From an uncultured Mariniplasma sp. (GTDB lineage Bacteria > Bacillota_I > Bacilli_A > Acholeplasmatales > Acholeplasmataceae): 64,000 nt of DNA. The notes beneath the pieces were generated by a model. It was given only the letters and a program-made list of their open reading frames with translations, did no database searches and was not told the DNA's origin. The position numbers and the translations under genes were made by a program. The stretch is from NCBI GenBank assembly GCA_964655445.1, contig CAZZMZ010000001.1, positions 8,390 to 72,389 on the forward strand, given 5' to 3'. Positions 17,662 through 28,107 of the stretch are shown here, in pieces (position 1 is the first letter of the stretch; each line of letters opens with the position of its first letter).

Positions 17662-20600
17662 ATGCCATCGTTATTAATGATTCAATGGGGAACCATAGGA
17701 CTCTTCATGTTCTTATATTTCCTACAAGGTTTTTTGAGAGGAACAAGCAAGTCTGTATACTATACGCTTGTCACGGTCATTACTGCAGGTGTTACTATTT
17801 GGTTGATTTCGATGGTCTCACTCAACCTTATTTTTTCAGCATCTTTTACCTTTGAATCACTCATTCAAATGATTCAAAGCATGTCTGGAAATATCATTCC
17901 ACAAAATATTGAAACTTATTTACTAGATCCACAAATCACACCGGTTGTCATTGCGTTGATCGACTTAGTGTTAAGAATCGTTTTCTACTTTGTTTTATTT
18001 CCTGTCATAAAGACATTACTCACATGGATTATCTTTGTACCTATATGGAAGTTTTTCATTAAAAAACCATTACTAGCAAGACAAAATGATATTGCTCGTG
18101 TTAAACATGAAGAAAGTAATTCAAACCGCAAATTTGTGCCTTCTAAGAGATTAAAGAAAACCGTCATCAGTCGTTTTGGTGGCGGACTTGCAGGTGCAGT
18201 ACACGGATTTGTTGTCGCTTTTTTATTCCTTTTACCAGTCATTATTTTCTCAAGCTTTTTAACAGGTTTTACAAGTATAGCGAACTTAGAACAAGAAAAT
18301 GAATATCAAACATTAGATACAGGCACACTTCCAGGTGGGCTTCCTTTTGCTTTACCTGGAAACATCGATATCGAAGATTATTTACTTCAAATCGAAGAAA
18401 TGAATGAAAAAGGACTTACAAGTATTACAAAACAAATTGTTATTAATGGACAACCATTAGATAGATATGTCTTTGACCGCATGTTAACAACAACTATCAA
18501 GCAAGAAGGTCTTGAAGATGTCAATATCAACTGGGTCCAAGAAATTGAAAATATTTTTGGTATCGCATCTGTGGTGTTAGAAGGTGGATATATTGATTCA
18601 GATTTCGATTACAATACCATTGGTGAAGATAATTTAGAAGATATTGAACAAATCTTTAATTATATAGGTCGCTCAAATGTTTTAGGCTATATGATTCCAT
18701 ATGCGACAAGATTTGGGTTAGAAAACATCCTCGTTGATCAATTAGGTGTCAATTTATACGAAAGAGATGCCAGTAGAGATGCACTCAATCAGTTTGAAGA
18801 TATCTCATGGGATGAAGAATTCTCAAACTTATATGGCGTAATTGAAGCACTCTTAAAATTTGGAACCGTCGGAGAGCTCCAAGCGTATGCATCTAATCCT
18901 GAACTTATTTTCGAGTTAACACCTGAAGAAGCAGAAAAACTCACCAATATTATACGGGCTGTCGGTGAATTAGAAACATTGGTGCTTATTAACGTTGCTG
19001 TCGATTATGCAACAACGATGGAAAGTGTTCAAAATTATGCTTCATGGATTGATGAATCTGAAAGAGAAGCTTATTTACAAGAAAGATTATCGTTTATTTT
19101 AAGTGATCCTAACTTCTTTGTAGGTGAAGCTGGCGAATTTTATCATATTGCTGATTTTGTTGAAGCACTCTTTACAGATCAGTATGGTGATGTGGATTTA
19201 GCTTATATTGTTAATAATGCTTCAAACCCCGCAACATACTTAAATGAAGATACAGGTGCTTATTTTGGACATATTATTAATCAATTAGTTGACATTAGAT
19301 TACTCATGGAATCCATACCTATTGGTATTGATTTTGGTGTATATAATACATTAGATGGTCGTTTATCTGACGAAGTACAAGATGATATAGCTGCAAGACT
19401 TGAAGAAGTTGTTTGGTCAGATGAAATCACAAATATTTCCGATATTTATGTTGAAGCAACCAAATTAGGGCTACAAGCTTTATTTGGTGAAAATCCAAAT
19501 TATTATGCTTTTGTTGATGATTTAGCAGTCAATAATATAGATGCTTTAAGATCGATTGTTTCACTGATCTTTGAAGAATCAGAGGTTGTCAATATTGGTT
19601 TAGAGATTGCAGTACCTATTGTTTTAGACTCAGTGATTACAGATCCTAATTTAAGAACACTTGTTGATGAAGCGATTAAATTTGACAGTACAACAGGTGA
19701 GGTTAACTTTAATTTCGGTCAAGAAATCAACAATGTCATTACGATTTTAGAGACTGTTTATAAATTCTCAACTGCTTCTGAGCTTGCATCGTTTTCGACA
19801 ATGACCACAGAAGCTAGACTTCAAGTTTTCGCTAATTTTGGTGCATTATCAGAAACAGATTATGACACTTTTAAAGATGCACTTGAAGATTTACAAGTTT
19901 TAAGCAGAGTTGGCAGAGAAGCATTGATTTATGCAAGAGATTCTTTAGGCATTACTCAAGTTTATGTACCTAATGAAGTTGCATTAGGAGAAGAGCTAAC
20001 TGCAATTACTGGACTTTTATATTACGCTGCTCAATATACACATGATCAATTGGTTGGAGCAGGATTATTAGAAGATATTGATTATGCACCACTCTTTAAT
20101 GATCCAGTTTTTAGATCTCATTTACTAACGACTGAACTTGATAATCATTCATCACTTTTATTACAAACCATTGCACATAACATCAAGGTATTTAGTGAAG
20201 ATCCAGCGCTATCACAATATTTATCGATACCAGATAGTTTAGCAGCGGCTTCACCTGAAGATCTTCTTTGGGAAGAAGAATTAAATAACTTGCTTGGGTT
20301 TGTATTTGATTTTGCAGGTTCTTTTGAAGGTGCTAGTGATTTTACATTCTCACTTAGAGATGTATTAACAGTAGCGAATAATCCAACTGGTATTAACATG
20401 TCTTTAATTACAAGATTTAGTGATTTAGCTGTTTCTGAACATGCCTTTGGATCTCTCGATGAATCCATCATCTTAAGATCAAGCATAAAGCGTGCAATGG
20501 ATACATATGGTGCGACCTTGTCTGCTAGCTTAGGTGGCTATGAGGTGAAAACACCAAGTGTGACAGTTGAAAATGATGCTTTGAAAGAAGAAACTTTTGT

Positions 20601-23600
20601 TGAATTCATTCACGGTGTTACGACACTTATTAAAGGTATGAATGAAACACTAGGATTTGAAACATTAGCTGAAGCTATTGAAAATCAAACAACAGCAAAA
20701 CTCATTCATGCATACCAACAAACATCAGATCAAGATATCGAAGTTTTTGGACAAAGTGAACTTATTAGCGGTTTAATAGGTGATGCACTCATTAGTGAAG
20801 ATTTCCAAGCATTCTTATTATCCACTGTGAATAATGCACAAACCATATTGGTCGTACCAAGTGATTTCTTTAGTGTTGATCCAGTTTTAATGGATGGTGA
20901 TTTCTTTAAGACAGATGAGGTAATCAATATACTTATAGCCGTTAAGGCAGTAGAACTAAGCGATGGTGAAAACATGTCTACCATTGGATTAGGTACATTT
21001 ACAGGCTTAGATGGCAGAAATATTGACCCTGAAACAAATGATGATGATTTTGATCGTCTCATTGGCGCTCATTATATTTATATACTTTTAGATCGTGCAC
21101 TCAAATTGCCATCTATAAGTGATTTTGTAGGCACAACCTTAGGTGATGCTTTAGGTGTTGCAGTAACCGATTTAGATTTAACACCACATTCAGCAATGCT
21201 ATCAACAGATCCAAATGAGCCTGTTGAATTAGGACGTGTACCTAAAGATGAATTTAGACGTATATTCCATTCTATCAGCTTATTAGGGGACCCAAGTGCA
21301 CTTGGTCTAGGTACGTTTACAAATCTTATTGATCCTTATGAGGATGAAGATGGATTTAGTGATTTCATCGCTTCTGATTACATTTATATTGTATTAGCGA
21401 GACTTTTCGAAAATGAAGGTTTCGGTGACTATGTCGGTGGCTTGCTTGCTGGTGTTTTTGGTGACGATCAGGAAGCACCAGATATGACACCACCAAGTGA
21501 CGCAAAAGGCCAAGTTGTTGGCGCACTTGATGAAGATGTTATTACGAGAGTTGAATTAAGAAACATCATGGTATCCTTTAAATTAATCGGTGCTGATGAT
21601 CCATCAGCGATTGGTATTGGATCAGTGATGAGCTTAATTGACCAAAACTATGATGCTTTAGAAGATAAAGACGATATGGATCGTTTCTTAGATTCACTAT
21701 ATATTCAAGACAAATTATCGTTCTTATTATTATCTGATTCAGTGATTGAATTAATCGCAAACGGCATGTTCATTCCGGCAGACTTTGATATTCCACAAAA
21801 GGCATTAATCACAGTAGATGGTAAAGACCGTATCATTCAACAAGAACTTTACAATATATTTGCAGGACTCAAGACTTTAGGTATTGTTGATGAAGATTCC
21901 TTATCTACGATTGGACCAGATACACTCTTTGGCTTAACAGAAGCTGAAGTTGATCTTGTGGTTACATCTGATTATCTTTATACAGTCATTGATTTATTCC
22001 TTAAGGGTCAAGATACATTTGAGATTCCACTTTCTGCTTTAAATCCAAATACAGATCCTGATTATCCAGATAAAGTGAAGAAATCTGAGATTACAGATAT
22101 TTTCAAAACACTTAATATTTTACAGGTTGAAAATCTTGATACATTTGAGCCACAACTCGTAACAATCGCACAAATCAATGAAGTTTTAGCTGAAACAGAT
22201 TCTGCTATAGTCTTAAGTCTTTTATCACAAGGCATTATTGATGCGATAGGAGCAGATAAGATTCCATCAGAAGCTTATCAAGCAGAAAATCTATTAACTA
22301 AAGAAGAAATTGAAGCACTTGTTGCTGCATTAGAAATTATCGCTGGTAGCGATGATGTTGCCATCGGTGATGTTGATGTTGAATCTATCACAGTAGGTCA
22401 AGTTCAACAAATTGATTTAACACCTACAGGATCATATATCATCAAGCAACTTATATCAGATGAAATCTTAAACTTAATTGATGTGAACAATTTACCTGAA
22501 GATGCTTATGCACCACTTTCAAATGGCGGAAGCTCCTTTGTACTACTTGGTGCGACCTTAGATGCACCAGTAGACCCACTGAGACGCTTATCAGATGATG
22601 AATTACAAGAAATTGTCGCAGCACTATATATTTTAGCTGATGATCCAAACAATACAGACCCAGAATTTGATCCGGCAAATGTTATAGTAACTGAAATATC
22701 AACTGAAGCCACTGTTGGACAAGCACAACAATTGAAGACAAATAATTCACTGGTGATTCGTTCTCTTATTACAGATGCTGTGATTGATAATTTAGGTGCG
22801 ACTGTAGTCATTCATGATGACGCATATGATGTAACTTATCCAACCTTATTATCGACAGCTGAAATCAATGCGCTTTTAGATGCAATGTATATTCTAGCAG
22901 GTGAAGATGATACTGTTTTAATTTCAGCAATTTCAACAGATGTTACCGTAGGTCAAACACAAAACCTTAAAGGTAATGCTTCATTGATTATGAGACAGTT
23001 ATTCACTGATCAAATCAAAGATGCCATCGATCCTCTAGATGAAGGTAAAATACCAGCTGAAGCGTATGATTTAGACAGACCAACCATGTTTACGCAACAA
23101 GAGTTAGACGCGATGCTTGATGCACTCTATATCTTAGCAAACAATAATCCACCATTTGGTTATCCAGGTCATGATCCATTATTTGATGTCAATGCTGTAC
23201 TTGTAGCAAACGTTTCAACAGACGTATCTGTTGGACAAGTAAGCGAACTTAAAGGTACAGAATCATATACCATTAAACAACTTGTTTCTGATAACGTGAT
23301 TGATGTGATTGGTGTAGATAACATCCCTATGGATTCATACATTGACAGCAATCCAGCGAACAGATTAACAGATGCTGAGATTGATGCTATGATTGATGCA
23401 TTAGTTATTTTGGCAGAACCTGAAGATCCATATGCCGTTTTAGTTACAGCTATTTCAACAGATGTAACCGTAGGTCAAGTGAAGGATCTTAACTTAATCA
23501 ATTCACTCATTACAAAACAATTAATCAGTGACTCAATCATTGATTCAATTGGTGTAGATAATATCCCTATTGAAGCATATATTGATAGTGATCCATTAAA

Positions 23601-25950
23601 TAGACTTTCAGATGATGAATTAGATGCAATGATATTAGCACTTGATGTTTTAGCTAATAATGATGATTCAGTCTTAGTATCTGCGATTTCTACAGATGTG
23701 ACCGTAGGTCAAGCATTAGATATGAAACAAACAGAATCATATATTATTCAACAATTATTGTCAGATGCTATTATTGATGCCATCGATCCACTTGATGAAG
23801 GCAAGATTCCTTTAGAAGCTTATATTGATCAAGATTCAAATAATAGACTATTACAAACAGAAATAGATCATATGATTGATGCGCTTTATGTCCTTTCTAA
23901 CGAAGATGAAGATGTTTTAGTATCAGATATTACAACTGATTTAACTATTGGACAGCTTAAGGGACTTAATTCAATTCCATCGATTATAATGAAGAAACAA
24001 ATGTCTGATCAAATTATTGATGCAGTTGGCGTTGATAAAGTACCACTTGATGCTTATATTGATCAAGATAATACGAAGAATTTAACAGATACTGAGTTAA
24101 CTGAAATGATCGAAGCGTTAGAGATATTAGCAGGATCTGTTGTGCCTGGTGATGTAGATCACGTTTTAGTTTCAGCAGTATCAACAGATGTCACTGTAGG
24201 TCAAACAAAACAACTTGATCAAGATAATGAATCACTTATTATCAAGCAAATCATTAGTGATGCCATTATTGATATGATTGGTGTTGATGGTATACCATTA
24301 GATGCTTATATCGATAATGATTCAAATAACAGATTAACAGATACAGAAATTGGTAATATGGTTGATGCATTAGACATCTTAGCGAACAATAATGATGCAC
24401 TTCTTGTAACAGATATTTCTACTGATATTACAATAGGTCAACTTAAAGACTTAAATGCATTACCATCACTCATTACACAAAAATTAATTTCTGATACCAT
24501 TATTGAAGCTGTAGGAGTAGATAATGTTCCTATGGATGCTTATATTGATGAAGATGATGAGAAGAATTTAACATCAACTGAAGTTTCTGAAATGATTCTT
24601 GCATTAGAAATACTTGCAGGCTCAACAGTGCCAGGTGATGTGGATCATATCTTAGTTACAGATGTTGTGATTGATGTAACAGTTGGTCAAACTCAAAGTC
24701 TTAAGACAAATAACTCTGTGATCATTAAGCAAATCTTATCTGATAATATCGTAACGATGTTAACAACTTCAGGTATTGAAATTCCAGTAGCAGCTTATAG
24801 AAATAATGATGATGAAGATAGATTAACCAATGATGAAATCGGATATATGATTGATGCACTCTTCGTCTTATCAGGTGAAGATAATAATGCGAAAGTTGAT
24901 GAAATCGTCTTTGATGAAACAGCACTTTCTGTAGAAACGTTACAATCATTTGATGAAAATTCACTTGTCTTAAACAGAGTCATTTCTACAGGTTTAATTA
25001 CCAACTTACCAAATATTCCTGATGAATCATATGTTGTTGTTATTGATCCTCTAGATCCAGATTATAAGAAGGATATCTTAAGAATTGAAATCAATAATAT
25101 ATTAGATGCATTAGATATTTTAGGCATTACAGATACATCAAGTGCGGGTAGTATTGGAGCTAATTCGATTACGTTTGCAGATATTTACCTAGTGCTTGAA
25201 TTAGGTACTGTAGGCGAACCAAATGAACATTACTTAGGATTCTCACCAATTGTTGCACACATTATGTCAACACCTATGGTTGAATCAGTCAGTGATGTAA
25301 GAGGCGGTTATGATTATGGTATTCCATCTACTGCATATAGAAATGATTATGATTTAACGTATGATGAAATCGTTAAACTTGTAGAGGCTTTAGCATACTT
25401 AGGTGATGTTGGTGATGCACCACGCACATATGCTCCTGCTGATAGAACTTTACTCCAAGCATCAAGTGGTATTGATCCAACAGGATTTGGACCAGATGAG
25501 CTAGATGCTTTACTCGATATTGAATCACTTATCGTTTATCGTATGATTTCAATTGGTATTAATGATGCAGGATTAGAAAATGAAGATGCAAGAGCAGAAG
25601 TAGGAGATACGAACTATGATGCAGAAGTTATTGCATTGCCAACACCACTCATCTACGATATTAAGATTGCAGAAATGGAACACCTAGTTGTTTCAATGAA
25701 TTTATTAGGATTAGATGACTTAACTGACTTAACAAGCATAGATGCATCTACAATTCTTGGATTATCTGATGCAGATATGGATACATTACTGGATAATGAA
25801 ATTACCATTATGTACTATCTAATCAATGATATCATTGAAGATCAACCATTATTAGTTGCTCAACTTGATCCTTCTGATTTTGAAGATTTTGCACCATATA
25901 GAATTAAGAGAGTTTCACTCATAACATTATTAAAAGACAATAATATTTAA
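17662..25950 (+). CDS. Giant acidic membrane-anchored repeat protein with CvpA-like N-terminal TM domain
   Basis: Uninterrupted ORF; likely ATG 17662 after AAAGGCGG; QGFLRG and SRFGGGLAGAVHG resemble CvpA motifs; ~11 copies of an ~80 aa repeat in the C-terminal third. Confidence 0.8.
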   Translation: MPSLLMIQWGTIGLFMFLYFLQGFLRGTSKSVYYTLVTVITAGVTIWLISMVSLNLIFSASFTFESLIQMIQSMSGNIIPQNIETYLLDPQITPVVIALIDLVLRIVFYFVLFPVIKTLLTWIIFVPIWKFFIKKPLLARQNDIARVKHEESNSNRKFVPSKRLKKTVISRFGGGLAGAVHGFVVAFLFLLPVIIFSSFLTGFTSIANLEQENEYQTLDTGTLPGGLPFALPGNIDIEDYLLQIEEMNEKGLTSITKQIVINGQPLDRYVFDRMLTTTIKQEGLEDVNINWVQEIENIFGIASVVLEGGYIDSDFDYNTIGEDNLEDIEQIFNYIGRSNVLGYMIPYATRFGLENILVDQLGVNLYERDASRDALNQFEDISWDEEFSNLYGVIEALLKFGTVGELQAYASNPELIFELTPEEAEKLTNIIRAVGELETLVLINVAVDYATTMESVQNYASWIDESEREAYLQERLSFILSDPNFFVGEAGEFYHIADFVEALFTDQYGDVDLAYIVNNASNPATYLNEDTGAYFGHIINQLVDIRLLMESIPIGIDFGVYNTLDGRLSDEVQDDIAARLEEVVWSDEITNISDIYVEATKLGLQALFGENPNYYAFVDDLAVNNIDALRSIVSLIFEESEVVNIGLEIAVPIVLDSVITDPNLRTLVDEAIKFDSTTGEVNFNFGQEINNVITILETVYKFSTASELASFSTMTTEARLQVFANFGALSETDYDTFKDALEDLQVLSRVGREALIYARDSLGITQVYVPNEVALGEELTAITGLLYYAAQYTHDQLVGAGLLEDIDYAPLFNDPVFRSHLLTTELDNHSSLLLQTIAHNIKVFSEDPALSQYLSIPDSLAAASPEDLLWEEELNNLLGFVFDFAGSFEGASDFTFSLRDVLTVANNPTGINMSLITRFSDLAVSEHAFGSLDESIILRSSIKRAMDTYGATLSASLGGYEVKTPSVTVENDALKEETFVEFIHGVTTLIKGMNETLGFETLAEAIENQTTAKLIHAYQQTSDQDIEVFGQSELISGLIGDALISEDFQAFLLSTVNNAQTILVVPSDFFSVDPVLMDGDFFKTDEVINILIAVKAVELSDGENMSTIGLGTFTGLDGRNIDPETNDDDFDRLIGAHYIYILLDRALKLPSISDFVGTTLGDALGVAVTDLDLTPHSAMLSTDPNEPVELGRVPKDEFRRIFHSISLLGDPSALGLGTFTNLIDPYEDEDGFSDFIASDYIYIVLARLFENEGFGDYVGGLLAGVFGDDQEAPDMTPPSDAKGQVVGALDEDVITRVELRNIMVSFKLIGADDPSAIGIGSVMSLIDQNYDALEDKDDMDRFLDSLYIQDKLSFLLLSDSVIELIANGMFIPADFDIPQKALITVDGKDRIIQQELYNIFAGLKTLGIVDEDSLSTIGPDTLFGLTEAEVDLVVTSDYLYTVIDLFLKGQDTFEIPLSALNPNTDPDYPDKVKKSEITDIFKTLNILQVENLDTFEPQLVTIAQINEVLAETDSAIVLSLLSQGIIDAIGADKIPSEAYQAENLLTKEEIEALVAALEIIAGSDDVAIGDVDVESITVGQVQQIDLTPTGSYIIKQLISDEILNLIDVNNLPEDAYAPLSNGGSSFVLLGATLDAPVDPLRRLSDDELQEIVAALYILADDPNNTDPEFDPANVIVTEISTEATVGQAQQLKTNNSLVIRSLITDAVIDNLGATVVIHDDAYDVTYPTLLSTAEINALLDAMYILAGEDDTVLISAISTDVTVGQTQNLKGNASLIMRQLFTDQIKDAIDPLDEGKIPAEAYDLDRPTMFTQQELDAMLDALYILANNNPPFGYPGHDPLFDVNAVLVANVSTDVSVGQVSELKGTESYTIKQLVSDNVIDVIGVDNIPMDSYIDSNPANRLTDAEIDAMIDALVILAEPEDPYAVLVTAISTDVTVGQVKDLNLINSLITKQLISDSIIDSIGVDNIPIEAYIDSDPLNRLSDDELDAMILALDVLANNDDSVLVSAISTDVTVGQALDMKQTESYIIQQLLSDAIIDAIDPLDEGKIPLEAYIDQDSNNRLLQTEIDHMIDALYVLSNEDEDVLVSDITTDLTIGQLKGLNSIPSIIMKKQMSDQIIDAVGVDKVPLDAYIDQDNTKNLTDTELTEMIEALEILAGSVVPGDVDHVLVSAVSTDVTVGQTKQLDQDNESLIIKQIISDAIIDMIGVDGIPLDAYIDNDSNNRLTDTEIGNMVDALDILANNNDALLVTDISTDITIGQLKDLNALPSLITQKLISDTIIEAVGVDNVPMDAYIDEDDEKNLTSTEVSEMILALEILAGSTVPGDVDHILVTDVVIDVTVGQTQSLKTNNSVIIKQILSDNIVTMLTTSGIEIPVAAYRNNDDEDRLTNDEIGYMIDALFVLSGEDNNAKVDEIVFDETALSVETLQSFDENSLVLNRVISTGLITNLPNIPDESYVVVIDPLDPDYKKDILRIEINNILDALDILGITDTSSAGSIGANSITFADIYLVLELGTVGEPNEHYLGFSPIVAHIMSTPMVESVSDVRGGYDYGIPSTAYRNDYDLTYDEIVKLVEALAYLGDVGDAPRTYAPADRTLLQASSGIDPTGFGPDELDALLDIESLIVYRMISIGINDAGLENEDARAEVGDTNYDAEVIALPTPLIYDIKIAEMEHLVVSMNLLGLDDLTDLTSIDASTILGLSDADMDTLLDNEITIMYYLINDIIEDQPLLVAQLDPSDFEDFAPYRIKRVSLITLLKDNNI
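22140..24960 (+). repeat. Intragenic tandem repeat array, ~234-320 bp units
   Basis: T(V/I)GQ-type anchors near 22160, 22390, 22711, 22945, 23227, 23467, 23701, 23944, 24193, 24430, 24678. Confidence 0.85.
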
Positions 25951-25956
25951 TAGATT

Positions 25957-25991
25957 AAAGGGCATCTAGCGATAAGCTAAATGCCTTTTTC
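25957..25991. terminator. Probable bidirectional terminator between convergent genes
   Basis: AAAGGGCATCTAGC-gataa-GCTAAATGCCTTTT imperfect stem with flanking A/T runs. Confidence 0.7.
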
Positions 25992-26019
25992 TTATAAAAA
26001 AACACCTCAACATGAGGTG

Positions 26020-27450
26020 TTACAATTGTTCAAATAAATTGATATAAAAATTTACGCCAGCAACAATATTATCAATCGTAATATCTTCATTCACACCATG
26101 AATTTTTCTTAAATCATCTTTAGATACATCCATAGGAGAGAACTTAAACACTCTTTCTGATATTGCATGATAATGTCTAGAATCTGTGGTTGCTACCATG
26201 AGATAAGGTGAGACGATGACTTCTGGCCAAGTTTGATTGATAGCTTTTGTTAATGACTTATATCCATCATCTATGACTGAAATAGTAGAAGCCTCATGTG
26301 CCTCTAAAACCTCAACTTCAATGGGATACTTTCTAATAATATGTTTGATTTTTTTGACAATCATTTCACTGGATTCTCCTGGCATTAACCTGTAGTTAAT
26401 ACCAATTGATGCCTCTGACGGTAACACATTCATCGCTTCACTTCCCAAGCTCATTGTAAATGCCTGAGTTGTTTTAAACATTGCCAGAAACTCGCCACCT
26501 GATATCTTCGCGATCAGTTTTACAATAGGTAAAAATAGCCAAAGATTAGCAAAAATCATTTTGATGAAAAAAGATTTTGAATGTGGTGCAAGAGATTCAA
26601 ATAAGTATTTTACAGGTGTCGTTAATTTAAGCTTAAAAGCCTTTGACTGATTTAATTTAGTGACTGCCATAGACAAAGATGTGATAGGCGTAGTTTTAGG
26701 TGGTGTGGATGCATGCCCTCCCTTTGTTTTAGCAACAAGCTTAATATTCATAAATCCCTTTTCTGCAATGCCGACAACTGCAGCTTTTTCAGATACACCA
26801 GGGAACTGATCTTTTACAATTGCCCCACCTTCATCTAAAACCATGAAAGGTTTAATACCATGACTTTTAAAATACTCAACGATAGCTTCTGCTGATTTAC
26901 CATAAACTTCTTCATCACCACCAAATGCCAAATACACATCATGTTTAAATACTTTACCTTTCGATAAGAGATACTCCATTGCATTCATGATCGCATTCAA
27001 ACTGCTTTTTGTATCCAAAGTACCTCTGCCATAAACAGTTTGATCATTTATTCTACCGCTAAAAGGTTCTTCATCCCATACACCATTAGTTGGTACAACA
27101 TCATAATGCGACATGAAAACATAAGGATCTTCTGCGATTTCGCCTTTGATATGAAAGAGCATTGCTCGTTCGTGTTCACTATACGTTGATTTTTCAAATA
27201 CATGAGGAAATCTTTCTTTGATGAAAAGTCTAAAATCAGTAAATGCTTTTGGGTTTTCTAAAGCAGGATCCGGATATGATATCGTTTCAAATTGAATCAT
27301 TTTTGAAAGAGACTCGATTGCAAATTTTTGATCAAACTCATGGTTCTTTTTCATTTCAGGAAATGCTTTTGGTTCGAAATGAAAGGTTCTTAAGAGAATG
27401 ACAAAGAGTAATACAATGAATAATGATATACCTAAATAAACGTAAATCAC
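26020..27450 (-). CDS. M20 family metallopeptidase/amidohydrolase with N-terminal membrane anchor (carboxypeptidase S/PM20D1-like)
   Basis: MSHYDVVP, GRGTLDTK, DEEV, LDEGG, GGHASTPP, TDSRHY, IHGVNE. Confidence 0.9.
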   Translation of the reverse strand: MIYVYLGISLFIVLLFVILLRTFHFEPKAFPEMKKNHEFDQKFAIESLSKMIQFETISYPDPALENPKAFTDFRLFIKERFPHVFEKSTYSEHERAMLFHIKGEIAEDPYVFMSHYDVVPTNGVWDEEPFSGRINDQTVYGRGTLDTKSSLNAIMNAMEYLLSKGKVFKHDVYLAFGGDEEVYGKSAEAIVEYFKSHGIKPFMVLDEGGAIVKDQFPGVSEKAAVVGIAEKGFMNIKLVAKTKGGHASTPPKTTPITSLSMAVTKLNQSKAFKLKLTTPVKYLFESLAPHSKSFFIKMIFANLWLFLPIVKLIAKISGGEFLAMFKTTQAFTMSLGSEAMNVLPSEASIGINYRLMPGESSEMIVKKIKHIIRKYPIEVEVLEAHEASTISVIDDGYKSLTKAINQTWPEVIVSPYLMVATTDSRHYHAISERVFKFSPMDVSKDDLRKIHGVNEDITIDNIVAGVNFYINLFEQL

Positions 27451-28106
27451 TTAATAACCCCCTTTTTATAGAGAATTCTTGAACTTATCAAAGTTATGAC
27501 AACCCCTACAGGAACCATGAGTCCAACAAGACCACCACTCCCAGGAACAAATAGGAAGAAGAAAATCATAAACAATAAAGGGATAATTGCAATTTTCCAA
27601 CGTTTTGAAATATAAACAAAACCTAACGCGCCAAATAATGCAGGCACGACATTGTCAAATGCAGGCTTTAAGCTCGCTGTTTCTAATAAAGGTGTTAGAG
27701 GAATTAAAAGAAGTGCACCAATCATAATGACTATGGTTGTTACGATGCTTGATGTTGCTACGGCGATGGTTGCAATCACATCACCTTTTTCAGAACCCTT
27801 TTCAAGATTAAGAGCATCTTGAGCATTGAGGGCAACAGGTACTTTAATGCTTGCTAAATTACCAGTAACAAACGCCAAATAGGATGAACCAGTACCTAAC
27901 ATAGGTGTAAATGTAAATACTTCTATCGTTGTTATTGGCCAGAAGACAACAGCAGTTGCGATGAATCCTGGTAAAAATTCTCTAAAAGTAGGCAATACAC
28001 CAGTTGCAATGCTCATACTAATAGGTGCAGTGATAAATAAAATAAGCGCACCTAGCATCCAATAACGACCTGACTTATGAATACTATCTTGATAAGCTTT
28101 ATCCAT
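27447..28106 (-). CDS. Multi-pass membrane protein
   Basis: ~6-7 hydrophobic segments; start revised to MDKAY (28106); overlaps the M20 start. Confidence 0.8.
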   Translation of the reverse strand: MDKAYQDSIHKSGRYWMLGALILFITAPISMSIATGVLPTFREFLPGFIATAVVFWPITTIEVFTFTPMLGTGSSYLAFVTGNLASIKVPVALNAQDALNLEKGSEKGDVIATIAVATSSIVTTIVIMIGALLLIPLTPLLETASLKPAFDNVVPALFGALGFVYISKRWKIAIIPLLFMIFFFLFVPGSGGLVGLMVPVGVVITLISSRILYKKGVIK

Positions 28107-28107
28107 A

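Noticed and set aside
22140..24960. Repeat array considered as CRISPR or DGR template/variable repeats
   Set aside because: The repeats are in-frame protein repeats with mostly synonymous divergence; no spacers, cas genes or reverse transcriptase in the window
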